Assembly: GCF_008831285.2 (NCBI RefSeq)
Contig: NC_045138.2
Span: 40,424,001 to 40,488,000 of the forward strand
Source: Nymphaea colorata
Taxonomy: Eukaryota
DNA length: 64,000 bases
Reading direction: 5' to 3'
Position numbers and translations under genes: made by a program
Part shown: positions 27,001 through 39,677 of the stretch, in pieces
How the letters are laid out: every line of letters begins with the position of its first letter
Numbering within the stretch: position 1 is the first letter of the stretch
Notes under the pieces: generated by a model
The model's database searches: none
Told to the model about the DNA's origin: nothing
Seen by the model: the letters and a program-made list of their open reading frames with translations, nothing else

Positions 27001-27701
27001 ATAACAATTTTTATTGGCGTAGCAGTTAATTTGGCAAAAATAAACACATAATCAGATGCATAAATCTATTGATTTCAACCAAGGGAGAATACTCTCAATG
27101 ATATTTCACCAATGTGGCGATAAGTCGTAGGATGAACTGCTCGGCAGCAATTAAGGTGTGAGAATATCTGGAATTCCTCGCTACCCACCTTAAAGGAGAT
27201 TTAGTTCTTCGAGTAATTGCGTAACCAGCATAAAGGCACCCACCCCAACTGTAATCCCACGTCCAGCGAATGGCGCCATTAAACCAGTGGGGCATTCCAA
27301 TGCCTTTGAGTAACTGGTAGCACCAAAATCGGAGCGACTACCATTCAATTTCCTCCATTTCCTGTCGACGCCAAAGTGAAAATCTGGCTGCAAGTCACCC
27401 TGGATTCATCGTTCGGAATATGAAGAACCTTGTAGACGTTTGCTGCAGGACCGGAAACCAACTGGTGGACAGTGCACGGACCTGACCTCCAGAGGCGAGG
27501 AAGGACCAGAAAAAAGGGGAAACGCCGGGCAGGCGGAGGGAGGAGGAGCGGACAGAGTTCGAGAGAGGCAGAGAAAGTGAATTGAGGAAAAGGGCTAGGG
27601 TTTTTCAGCCACGCATAATCTTGGCCGTCCGATATTGCGCCATCGGACGGCCATGATCGAATAAACCTGTCGAGTTCTCCTGTGTGTCGGGTTCAATCGA
27701 C

Positions 27702-27746
<45 letters not shown>

Positions 27747-28565
27747 TTATTTATTATTAACGGTCTCTGCCACTGTTAGCTGTGCTGTTTTTCTTTGCCA
27801 GATTTAGACGAGTAAGTTCCCAATTTGTGACATATATTGTATTTCCAATTCAGATAATTGGAACCCTATAGGAAAACATAACATAAAAAGGCTGAGACAT
27901 TTAAAACCATGTTTAAAATCACCTGTAATTGGAAAAATTTTCTTTTTCTTTAATGTGTTTTTTTTTTTTCAAATATGCCTAAAAGTTTAGCAATAATCGA
28001 CACATACTTGACTTTCCATTGTTGTAAAAAATACAAATAACTTTTGCATCGTTTTTGAAAAACGACATTTTGTATATTAAACCTTCAAGTGATCTTCTGG
28101 AGATAAAACGACAAAAACACCTTTAACACAAATAAATGTTTTATATTAATTATTGGCACTTGGTTTTTTGAACTACCAACAATTCTATTGATTGACAAGT
28201 TTAGTTACATTTAAATTAATTATTGTATTGATATCAAAAGTAATTAGGTTAAGATTTTTCAATTAATTCCAGAAAATTATATTGCAACAAAATTTGTTCA
28301 TGAAGTTAGCTATACTTGCATGTTATGTTTTAGAGAGTAAATAACAATTTTCATCGGCTTAATAGTTATTTTGACAAAAACAAACATGAGGATGTTTTGA
28401 ACTAAATAAGAGAGCATCGATGTCGAGATTTAAGAATTTAAACACACACATTAAAACAGAGAAAATGTGGATAGGCACTTCCTTGGGTGCACGACAAAAT
28501 GAGCATCATCACATGTCCAAGGTGGATAAAGGTAAAACTCAGTTTGGATGCAGGGGGCGTTTGTC

Positions 28566-28573
28566 TATATAAA
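28566..28573 (+). promoter_or_regulatory. TATA box of nsLTP-like gene 1, conserved in paralogues (~34379, 39604, 45670)
   Basis: cTATATAAAcc about 70 nt upstream of the ATG. Confidence 0.75.
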
Positions 28574-28639
28574 CCATACCCATGCATTTGGTAGAGCAGC
28601 ACAGATCTACCACAGAGAGAAAGAGAGAGATAGAGAGAG

Positions 28640-29068
28640 ATGGCAGTGGCTTTTGTCAAAGTACTGAGCATCCTGGTGGTTGCCTTGTTGGTGGTACCTG
28701 GCGGGCTGAACTCCGGCCAGGTGAAGGCGGAGGACTGCCGGAAGGAGAAAGAAGAGGTGATAGCTCTCTGCGGCAAGTACTCCCTGAAACGCAACCCAGT
28801 TCCAGGGCCGCCGTCTGCGAGTTGTTGCAACAAGATCAAGGCTTCTGACATTGCTTGTGTCTGCCGAGCTCTCACTCCTGCGGAGGCGAAAAATTACAAT
28901 ATGACCTTGAGTGGCAGAGTTCTCCGCGAGTGTGGCTATGCCGTTCACGCCGGCTTCAAATGCGGCGGTAATTCTCAACTCCTATACTTTATGTTCACAC
29001 TCGCATTACTTCAACCCTCAGTGTATTCATTTTTTCTGGATTCAGGTGACATCGTGCCTGAAGCTTGA
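28640..29068 (+). CDS. Secreted nsLTP/prolamin-superfamily 8-Cys protein, copy 1 (lineage A); exons 28640-28967 and 29046-29068, 116 aa
   Basis: Hydrophobic signal peptide. Motif C-X10-C-X17-CC-X9-CXC-X22-C-X9-C. 78-bp GT-AG intron 4 nt after the last Cys codon. Ends KCGGDIVPEA*. AATAAA at ~29202. Confidence 0.9.
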   Translation: MAVAFVKVLSILVVALLVVPGGLNSGQVKAEDCRKEKEEVIALCGKYSLKRNPVPGPPSASCCNKIKASDIACVCRALTPAEAKNYNMTLSGRVLRECGYAVHAGFKCGGNSQLLYFMFTLALLQPSVYSFFLDSGDIVPEA

Positions 29069-30649
29069 AGATGGCAAAGGAGCTGCGTTTGTGAATGATG
29101 TGGGTGCCAGCTCCTGTTGAATGAATCGTGCATCTGTAGAACTTGTGTGCCTTCTGTTCCATGATCTATCAGATGTTGTACTTCTATCTATTGTCTAATG
29201 AATAAAGCAATGAGCATGGCTGTTTGTGTCCATGATGGGTGATCACGGTTTTGGTTTGGTCTCGCACAAGGAGCCAATTAAGATCTATGGTTATGTCATC
29301 GACTTATTGCTATATACTGCACAGGGAGTTTATTTTTTGCGAGCGAGAATCAGACCAATAAGTGAAGCGATCAACCATTACTGCTTTCTCGGAATCAACC
29401 TTGAAAATTTTAACTTCCTTTTTTCCAACAAAATAAAGGTTACTTTTTTCTAATCTTGGAAAATTAACTTCTAATTGCCTGTTTTCAGCATTTTCAAAAA
29501 CAAAACTGCTACATACATGTTGACATGAAGGTACCTCCCCCTCCCCCCACCCATAAAGCAAACAAGTGAATTTACCAGATATTCATTTGTATGATGAACT
29601 GGGAATTGGCTTCTTGCCATAGTTGCAAGCTAGCAAAGAGATAATTAACGGATGTGTGTCCACCAAATTGCCACGAGATTATGATTTAGCAACAGTTCAT
29701 GATGTTTTTAATAATGGTTTATAGCGATTTCATTAATGGATGTTAAATTTTTAGGCATCCAGTATCCAGCAATAAAACAGACACATATCATTGTTAACTT
29801 TGCATAAAACTTTAAATTCTAGTTCATTTATAGCCTGTTGAAGAGCCATTCTCAACCCCTAACAACATCGTCAAAAAATTCAATATCACGTTAATGTTAC
29901 CCTTGATATGTCAAACAACTGAATTAATTTTTATATTATGTAAAGCATTTTGATTATCCTGGTTTCTTTTCGGGCCAAAAAAGACTTTTTTTTTAATACT
30001 TTGCAGATGGAGTACTAAAGAGACATTTTAGTTCAATCTCTTATGTCTTATTTTTCTTTATTTTTTTAATCAAACTTTTGAACTTCAAAGTTTGCTGTCA
30101 AAATCTGCTTTGAGAAAGTCCAGAGGAAAAACTTTCCAACCATATTAAAAGACCTTCTCTGTCTAATGACATCAGATTTAGAAAGATAAAGCATAGTAAG
30201 TGACACTAATATGTTCAGCTGCATTTGCTTGATATCATATCACCTAGTGCAAACAATTTCTACAATTTCTCAAATCCTCAAAGCAAGTGTAATTTCTGAA
30301 ATCAACTTCAGCGGTGTCACAAACCCTTGAGATACACTGAAGTGTTAGTTTCTCAACACTTAACATGGGAAAACTGCGCAACAAGGAGATGTGAGATGCT
30401 CATAGCATAATCAGCAAAAAACAAGGTTGCTTTCATGAAACAACCTGATGTAATATTTTCTGAATTTGCGTACTGGAGAATATGCAATATGGAGTGGTGT
30501 CATGCTTGTGGCATGATCAGCCAAAAACAAGGTTCCTTTCATGGTGGCTTGAAATAACCTGATGTAACGTCTTCATAATTTGCGTACTAACGTCATGTGT
30601 TCTCCAATATGCAAATTATCGATGTTCTCTACTGTGGTTGCACGTTCTC

Positions 30650-31640
30650 CAGTATGCAAATTATGAAGACGTTACATCAGGTTGTTTCAGAGACCATCAA
30701 ATGAAAGTGACCTTATTTTTGGCAGATTGTGCCATAAATATCCCATGACTCCATTGTATAATTTTCGCCCTGTTAAGTGTTGAGATACTAACATCATACC
30801 TGGTTGCCAAAATGATGAAAGGAAGTATGGGTTTTTGAAGAATTTGTTGCGCTGAAATCACCAGACGAGGTATTCGATCCAGCAACTGAGTTTGAGCCAT
30901 TGGAACCAGAAGCTGAGTTTGATGCAGCCGTGGAACTGGCTCTGATACCATGCAAGCCCTAATGCCTTGCAGTAGAATTTGAGCCAAAGAAATACAGAGA
31001 GACAGGACAGAAAGAAAAGCAGGGGAGAGACGGAGAGCGTGGAGAGTGAAAAACGCTCAATCGATTTCATTTCTCTGAAAATGCTTATTCATGCTCTATA
31101 CAAAAGAATCTGTTCAAAAGCGGTAACAAATTCTGAAAATATCTTCAGCTTCAAGTTAACTTGAGATAAATAACTTTTGTAAAAATATCTGGTATACAGT
31201 TTGACGTTAATTTGAAGCTGCAATTTAACGGATTCTGCAAGATGAGTCGAAGCCGAACTGAATACATACACATGTGGAAGAGGAAAATTTTCTCCCAAGT
31301 GTAGCTGTGAAAGGAATTTTCGAATCTACAAAAGAAAAAAAACAAAAAAAAAAACAAAATTTGGCAAGGTAAAAATCCCAAAAGAACAACACATACTTTC
31401 GCCATACCTCTCAAGTGGGAGGTAAGGATTGTGACATACCCAATTGAAGATAACTTCATTAAATCAGTGTTTAGACGATCGCTGGGATAAGGCATCTGCA
31501 AACTATCTAAACTTTTGGTGTAAGGAGTGCATTTTTTCTCTTCGAATCTTCTTCCTTGTATTATCATATTTGGTCTCTGCATACATTCCTCATGAAACAT
31601 TGAGAACAACGTACATAACAACTTGATCGTCACAAGCACA
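30650..31640 (-). mobile_element. Ty1/copia relic: RNase H-like end, PPT, LTR (~30951-31404), PBS, gag start
   Basis: tRNA-Met PBS TGGTATCAGAGC (minus) at 30939-30950 abuts TG at 30951. CA at 31403-31404 abuts cccacttgagagg (minus), the same PPT context as the intact element at ~53600-53613. Gag-like sequence at 30650-30790. Confidence 0.6.
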
Positions 31641-32049
31641 GGAACAACATTAGTTTAATATAGCCGAGTTTTCTGAAAGGCCATTGCACAATACAAGATA
31701 CCATCAGTAAGCAAACAGCAAAGGAAAGAAAGAACATCTTGGCCCTCAATTTTGGGGATGGCCAGCTTCTTCCTATATTCGAAGCTTCCGTGAGAAGTTT
31801 TACACAACAACAACGAAGAGAATGGGGCTAGATCGGATCGCCTTGTCAGTATGCACTCTAACAAAAATGATGTCGAAATTAAAGAGGCAGCTTGCATTTA
31901 CAATTGTGTTTCGAGTTCGACATTAATTTTGGTTTTATTAATTTATTTGTTTCTCTTTTATCTCTCTGTTCTTTAAGTTTGAAGGCCAAATTAAACATTA
32001 TTTCATTCAATTCGGCCAGCAATCACGATAAGCAGTAGTTGTTTCACGC

Positions 32050-32510
32050 CACGGTTTAGTTACATTTAGCACAAATAAATGTTTTACATTAATTATTTAC
32101 ATTAGCTTTTTTGAGCTACCAACAACTATATTCATTAATCAAGTTTGGTTACATTTAAATTAATTATTTTTATTGATACCAAAGGCAATTAGGCTACAAT
32201 TTTTTAGTTAATTTCCGGAAAATTATATTGCAAGAAAATTGAGTTAGCATGTTCACAAAGTAAGCCATACTTGCATGTTATCTTCTAAAGAAAAAAATAA
32301 CAATTATTATTAGCTTAATAGCTATTTTGAAAAAAAAAACATATGGATATTTTGAACTAACCAAGAGAAATTGGGCATGTGTCAATGTCAGGATTTAAAA
32401 ATTAAAACATGACACATTAAAAGGGAGAAAATGTAAATAGGCACTTCCTTGGGTGCTCGACAAAATGAGTATCAAAAGCAGAACAGCTCTACTGTAGAGA
32501 GAAAGATAAG
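32050..32510 (+). pseudogene. Promoter-only ghost of an nsLTP-like unit (TATA and CDS deleted); same junction at ~36850-37310 and ~43410-43872
   Basis: Matches the upstream region of the intact genes through ataggcactt.cttgg.tgctcgacaaaatgag, skips the TATA, keeps 5'UTR cagctctactg.agagag, then joins ttcgacgagta.gatcccaatt, which lies downstream of intact units (~47150, ~51575). Confidence 0.75.
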
Positions 32511-34440
32511 ATTTCGGCGAGTACGATCCCAATTTACGACACATACTCAAATCCAATCTTTATTGTATTTTCAAATTCAAATTATTGGGATTTGGTTATC
32601 GGACCTGTATTTTATTTCTGAGTCCAATTAGGACATTTGAAGCCATTTCCTTTTCATTTAACAAGAGAAAATTTTTAATGTTTAGAGTTAGCAGCCTTCA
32701 TTGTGTATAATGAAAACATTATATGTGACATATAACGTTAGTATCCCAACACTTAACAGGGAATATTCATTCAACATGGAGACCTGGCGATGCTTATGGC
32801 AATATCAATGACAGTATCTCAACACTTAACAAGGGAAAACTATGCAAGATGAAGTCGAGCCATGCTTTTGGCATTGTCAGCCAAAAACATCAACCGGTTG
32901 CTTTCATTGATGACAGCTTGACAGATCCTGATGTAACCTCCTTAGAACTTGCACACTGGAGAAGGTGCAATCATATGATCATTCCTTAGATCATAAATTC
33001 TGTTTCTTAAGAACTAGCTGACAGTGTCATCTGGCCAGAATATTCTTCTAATATTTGAAGCTTTCGGCAGAGTTTTTCTGCAACAACAAGCAACAGAATA
33101 GGCTTGATTGGATCGCCATGACGAAGAATTACCCGAAATCGATGGCTCGAGTCATTACTAAGAAGATGAGACTGAAATGATCTCCAATGGCAGTCGATAC
33201 AGTTGGCTTTTTTTCAGTAGTGGCAGTTGCATACTGTTTCCTCTATAAAGGCAACCGAATGCTTTAAAAAATCACATCTTTTGAAAGGTAATGTGGCGTT
33301 TTGGAACGATGTTGGTTAATTTTTCGTGCGTGTATGGGTAAGAAAGACCAAAATATTTTTAGTAAAATAATAAAAAAACGTTTTAAAATGATAAAAGAAT
33401 ATTAGAATGAAAGACTTTAAAAGACTTTAAAAATATTAAAAAAATATTTTTCGTGCATATTTATTGTATGCAGACCTCTAAAAGGTTGAACTCACAAAGT
33501 TCACCAATCAGCCTTGGGCTCTTGTGCTATGCAAGCTCCAAGTTAAGCACTTACACCGTCTTTGACTCACCACCAACACTGTTTTCGACTCTCAAGCAAG
33601 CAAAAAAAAGTAAAGTTGAAGACTCTGACTCTTATTTGAAAGGTAAAATGAAATACTCTCCTGCTTATAGCACTAGGCAGCTTGCAAGCACAATTGTGTG
33701 ACGGTTTCATTATTTTGTTTGTTCCTCTGGATCTATTTGTTCTACCTGCTAAACATAGCTCGTTGCACGGCATCACAAAATAGACGTGATTCTATGGACA
33801 CAAATGATGAAGTCACATTTTCATTGAAGTCCACAACTTTGGGATAATTTCAGAAACAGGATCCATGTTCTGTGAGCTTGAAGAAGCACTTTTCACATTA
33901 TGCTGTTGCGTTTTCCTGTTTTTACCACAGGGGTAATTTGGTAATTTTAAAGTATAAAATGACAAAAACGCCTTTTAACACAAATAAATGTTTTACAGTA
34001 CTTATTTACACTAGGTTCTTTGTACAATCAACATTTCTATTCATTGTACAAGTTTAGTTACTTAATTATATTTATTGATACCAAAAGTAATTAGGTTATG
34101 ATTTTTCAGTTGATTCCAGAAAATTATATTGCAAATGAATTAAATATGTTCGCAAAGGCTGCTATACTTGCATTTTATCTTGACAAAAATAAACATGAGG
34201 ACATTTGGAACTAAGCAAGAGAAATTAGATATAAGTCGATGTCAAGATTTAAAAGTTCAAAACATACGTATTAAAGGAAAGAAAATGTAGATAGGCACTT
34301 CCTTGGGTGCTCGACAAATGAGTATCATCAGACGTTCACGGTGGATGAAACTCAGTTTGGATGCAGGGCACCTCTGTCTATATAAGCCACACCCATGCAT
34401 TGGGTAGAGCAGCACAGATCTACTACAGAGAGAAAGAGAG

Positions 34441-34929
34441 ATGGCAGTGGCTTTTGTCACAGTACTGAGCATCCTGGTGGTTGCCTTGTTGGCGGTACCA
34501 GGCCGGCTGAACTCCGGCCAGGTGATGGCGTGGGACTGCGAAAAGGAGAAAGATGAGTTGAAAGCTGTCTGCGGCAAGTACGTCCTGAATCACAACCCAC
34601 TTCCTGGGCCGCCGTGTCCAAGTTGCTGCAACAAAGTTATGGCTTCTGATATTGCTTGTGCCTGCCGAGCTCTCACTCCTGCGGACTTGAAGATATACAA
34701 TATAACATTGGCTCTCTGCGTCGACCGCAAGTGTGGCTATCCCTTTCCCGCCGGCTTCAAGTGCGCTGGTAATTCTCAACTCCTATGCTTTACGTTTATA
34801 CTCGCATTACTTCAACTCATGTGTCTTACCAAGTTCAAAATCAAATCCACCAGTGTTTCGTGACTAATTACAAGTGTTTATTTTTCTTACGTTGTGGATT
34901 CAGGATACATCCTGCCCGAAACTTGTTGA
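34441..34929 (+). CDS. nsLTP-like protein, copy 2 (lineage B, 11 Cys); exons 34441-34768 and 34904-34929, 117 aa
   Basis: Same 8-Cys spacing plus extra Cys in PPCPS, LALCVD and the terminal ETC*. 135-bp GT-AG intron at the same position. Confidence 0.88.
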
Positions 34930-37900
34930 TGGCGAAGGAGCTTCGTTTATGAATGACGTGGGTGCCTGCTCTTGTGTCGAATGAAGCATGTGTAGTAGTC
35001 GTGTTCCTTTTGTTCCGTGATCTATCAGATATTCTACTTCTGTCTATTATCTAATGATATTGTACTGTCTATTATCTAATGAATAAAGCAATGAGCATGG
35101 CTGTTTGTGTGCATGATGGGTGGTAATTAATGGTTTTGGACAAGGATCCTATTTCGGTCCATGGTTATGCCGGCAACTCATTGCTGACTATATACTGCAC
35201 AGGGAGTTGGCACTAACAAGAATCAAACCATGGAATCAACCTTGATTTTTTTTTTTTCGACAAACTGAAGGTTACTTTTTCTAATAAGGGAAAATTAATT
35301 TCTAATTTGCGAGAAAAAGCCTGCATATATGTCAAATTTCTATTACTTGAACAGAGTTACAGAGACGCTCCTAAATGGACCCCCAATTGATGGGTCACAA
35401 ACCGGTTCGGCTGAATCCATTTTATCCAATTTTGATTTTAATTTGCAATACTCTTCTCGACATGATCATACCTACAACATCCCCACCCCCCCTTGTGAGG
35501 AACAAAGTTAATTTCCCAGCTATGAATTTACTTGTCACCATAGTTGCCAGATAAATAGCTAATTAACCAAATCGTCACCAACATGATCAGGTGCTCTAAT
35601 TTTAATTTATTATAGACGTGACCTATCATTTAATTATCTTTTTTATTAAAGGAAAACAAAACTAAAGGCGTTATTTGCTGAAGTTTCATAGGATCAAATA
35701 TGTTGGGATACTTTGATCGACGCATAACAACAAGGATGATTAGGTCGATTGGCTTGAGCATAAGATTCAATTTCCTTCTTATAACATCTAATATTCAAAC
35801 CCATGTGCCTTAAGAAGAGTGAATGATAACACTCCAAAAGTTTAATCTCGTATATATTGAAGATTATGAGAGATGGCTTCAAGGACTTATGAAGGAGGTT
35901 GTTAAAATAGTTGGTTGTCCTTATTCCAAACATTGTTTAGGCTAGAACAGAAACTGTTAAGGAACATGATGGGATTTATCGAATCAAGGGACTAAGCAAG
36001 GTGTGGAGTGGGCTGTTACATAAATTCTATTTGTAGATACTAGAATCAAGCGAGAACGAAGAGACCTGAATGATAGTGTCTCAATACTTAACATGGCAAA
36101 ACTACTCAACATGGGTGGTGGCACGCCTACGGCATTATCAGCCAGAAACATACTGGAGAATGTGCAACCATAGGTCCTTTTGTGGATCATAAATTCTATT
36201 TGTAAAATCTTAAAGCAAGCAAGAACTAAGAGACTTCAATGATAGTATCTCAATATTTAACAACAAGGAACTATGCAAAATAGAGTTGTGTCATGCTTAT
36301 GCCATTATCAGCAAAAAAAAAAAAACGAGGTTGCTTTCATTGATGGTAGCTTGAAAGAACCTGATGTAAGAATTTGCATACTCGAGAAGGTGCAACCATA
36401 TGGTCCTCTTTTTGTCATAAATTTTCTTTCTCAAGACTAGTTGATAGTGCCATCTGGCCAGATTCTTCTTACATTTGAAGCTTTCGTGAGTGTTTTTCCA
36501 CAACAACAATGAACAGAATTAATAAATTTTGGGGCCTGATCTCAGAATAATCTGCTATCAAAACAGAGAGCGCGGATAATCCATCCATGCATGAAGTTGC
36601 GTGGACGACTGCCGCACGGAGTAGATATATATATATCCGCGCTCTATAGTGTTGTCCCCGCTAAACAAACGCTTCCTAAAACAACACTACGCTGTTGCAG
36701 CAACTGAGTTTGAGCAATTGGAACCAGAAGCTGACTTTGGTTTTATTAATTTCTTTGTCTCTCTGTTGTTTAAGTTTGAAGGCCAAATTACACATTATGT
36801 GAATCAATTCGGCCAGCAATCATGATAAACAGTGGTCGTCGCACGCCGCGGTTTAGTTACATTTAGTACAAATAAATGTTTTACATTAATTATTTCCATG
36901 AGCTTTTTTGAACTACCAACAATTCTATTCATTGTTCAAGTTTACTTGCCTTTAAGTTAATTATTTTTATTGATATGAAAGGCAATTAGGTTACAATTTT
37001 TTATTTAGTTTCCAAAAAAATTATATTGCAAGAAAATTGAATTAACATGTCCACAAAGTTAGCCATACTTGCATGTTATCTTCTAGAGGGAAAAATGACA
37101 ATTATTATTGGCTTAATAGTTAATTTGACAAGAAGAAACTTGGGGACATTTTGAACTAACCAAGGGAAATTGGGAACGTGTCAATGTCAGGATTTAAAAA
37201 TTAAAACATGACACATTAACAGGGAGAAAATGTAAATAGGCACTTGCTTGGTTGCTCGACAAAATGAGTATCAATAGCAGAACAGCTCTACTGTAGAGAG
37301 AGAGATAAGATTTCGACGAGTAAGATCCCAATTTATGACACATAGTCAAATCCAATCTTTATTGTATTTTCAAATTCAAATTACTGGGATTTGGTTATCG
37401 GACCTGTATTCTATTTCTGAGTCCAATTAGGATATTTGAAGCCATTTCCTTTTCTTTACGGGATCGGACAAGAGAAAATTTTTAATGTTTAGAGTTAGCA
37501 GCCTTCATTGCGTGTAAGGAAAACATTATATGTGACATATAACGTTAGTATCCCAATACTTAACAGGGAATATTCATGCAACATGGACACCTATGATGCT
37601 TATGGCAATATCAATGACAGTGTCTCAACACTTACCAACGGAAAACTATGCAAGATGAAGTCATGCTTTTGGCATTGTCAGCCAAAAACATCAACCGGTT
37701 GCTTTCATTGACGACAGCTTGACAGAACCTGATGTAACCTCTTTAAGAACTTGCACACTGGGGAAGGTGCAATTATATGGTCATAAATTCTGTTTCTTAA
37801 GACCTATTTGACAGTGTCATCTGGCCAGAATATTCTTCTTATATTTGAAGCTTTGGGAGAGTCTTTCCACAAACAACAAGCAACAAGCAACAGAATTAGA

Positions 37901-39677
37901 TCGCCATGACGAAGAATTACCCGAAATCGATTGCTGGAGTCATTACTAAGAAGATGAGACTGGAATGATCTCCAATGGCAGTCGACACAGCTGGCTTTTT
38001 TCAGTAGTGGCAGTTGCAAACTCAACAACTTCCCTTTGTTTCCTCTATAAAGACAATCAAATGCTTTAAAAATTCACCTTTCAAATAATGTGCGTTTTGT
38101 TCGTGCGTAAATGGGTAGGAATGACCAAAATATTTTTATTGAAATAACAAATAAACCTTTTAAAAGGGTAAAAAAAGGATTGCAAAAAAAATGAAAGTGT
38201 ATAACATTTCTTCTTCTATAAAAAAAAAAAAAGTTCAAAAGTGGTGCATATTTGTTGTTGTGTGCACGCCTCTAATGGGTGGCACTCACAAAGTTCACCC
38301 ACCTGTGCTTTTTAAATGGACGGGTCTACTACTCACTCTTTTCTAACTGGTGCTTTGCAGAAACACGAGTGTCGATCGATTCACCAAGCACCTGCCTTGT
38401 GCTCATCATGTCAAAGATAGTAATGCAGAAACACAGAGTGTCGATCGATTCACCAAGCACCAGCCTTATGCTCATCTCAAAGATAGTAATGCATTAGCTA
38501 AGATGCTGTGCAAGCTCCAACTTAAGCACCGACACCGTCTTTGATTCGCTGACACTGCCTTCGACTCTCGAGCAAGCAAACAACACAAGGTTGAAGACTC
38601 TGGTAGCTCTTATTTGAATGGTAAGAGTGAAACACTCTCTTGCTCACCTAAATATCAGCACCCACACAAAAAATGAAGGCCGAATTAAAGAGGCAGCTCG
38701 CAAGCATAATTTTTGAAAGATGAAGAGCGAAACACTCTCTTGCTCACCAAAATATCAGCACCCACACAACAAATGAAGGCCGAATTAAAGAGGCAGCTTG
38801 CAAGCATGATTTTGTTTCTACATTTTCATTATTTTCTTTGTTCCTCTGCATCTATTTGTTCTTCAAAGTCCCAAGACTAAAGCAGACATTATTTGGATCA
38901 GTTGGGCCGCCCTCCGATCATGCTGAACATTGCTCGTTGCACGGCACGACAAAATAGACATGATTGTACCGACACAAATGATGAAGTCACTTTTTCGTTG
39001 AAGAGCACAAGTTTGGGATAATTTCAGAAACAGGATCCATGTTCGTGTGAGGATTACATTTCATAGTATGCCGTTGCATTTTCATGTTTTACCAGAGGAT
39101 TAATTTGGTAATTTTAAAGTTTAAAATGACAAAAGCACCTTTTTAACACAAATAATTGTTTTGCACTAATTATTTAGATTAGGTTCTTTGAGCTACCAAC
39201 CAACAATTCTATTCATTCTACAAGTTTAGTTACTTTACTTAATTATATTTTTGGTACCAAAAGTAATAGGTTATGATTTATCAGCTAATTCCAGAAAATT
39301 ATATTGCAACAAAATTAAATGTGTTCACAAGGGCAGCCATACTTGCATGTTATCTTTTAGAAGGAAAAGTAACAATTTTTAACCGCTTATAGTTAATTTG
39401 ACAAAAATAAACATGAGGATATTTTGAACAAACCAAGAGAAATTAGATATAAGTCGATGTCAAGGTTTAAAAATTTAGAACACGCACATTAAAAAAGAGA
39501 AAATGTAGGTAGGCACTTCCTTGGGTGCCCGACAAAATGAGCATCATCACATGTCCATGGTGGATCAAGGTAAAACGCAGTTTGGATGCAGGGGGACTTT
39601 GTCTATATAAACCATACCCATGCATTTGGTAGAGCAGCACAGATCTACCACAGAGAGAAAGAGAGAGATAGAGAGAG

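Noticed and set aside
28438..28978. Recurring minus-strand ORFs (MRARQTQAM..., MRITAAFEAG...) over each nsLTP gene
   Set aside because: Their recurrence is explained by duplication of the sense gene; no independent coding signal.
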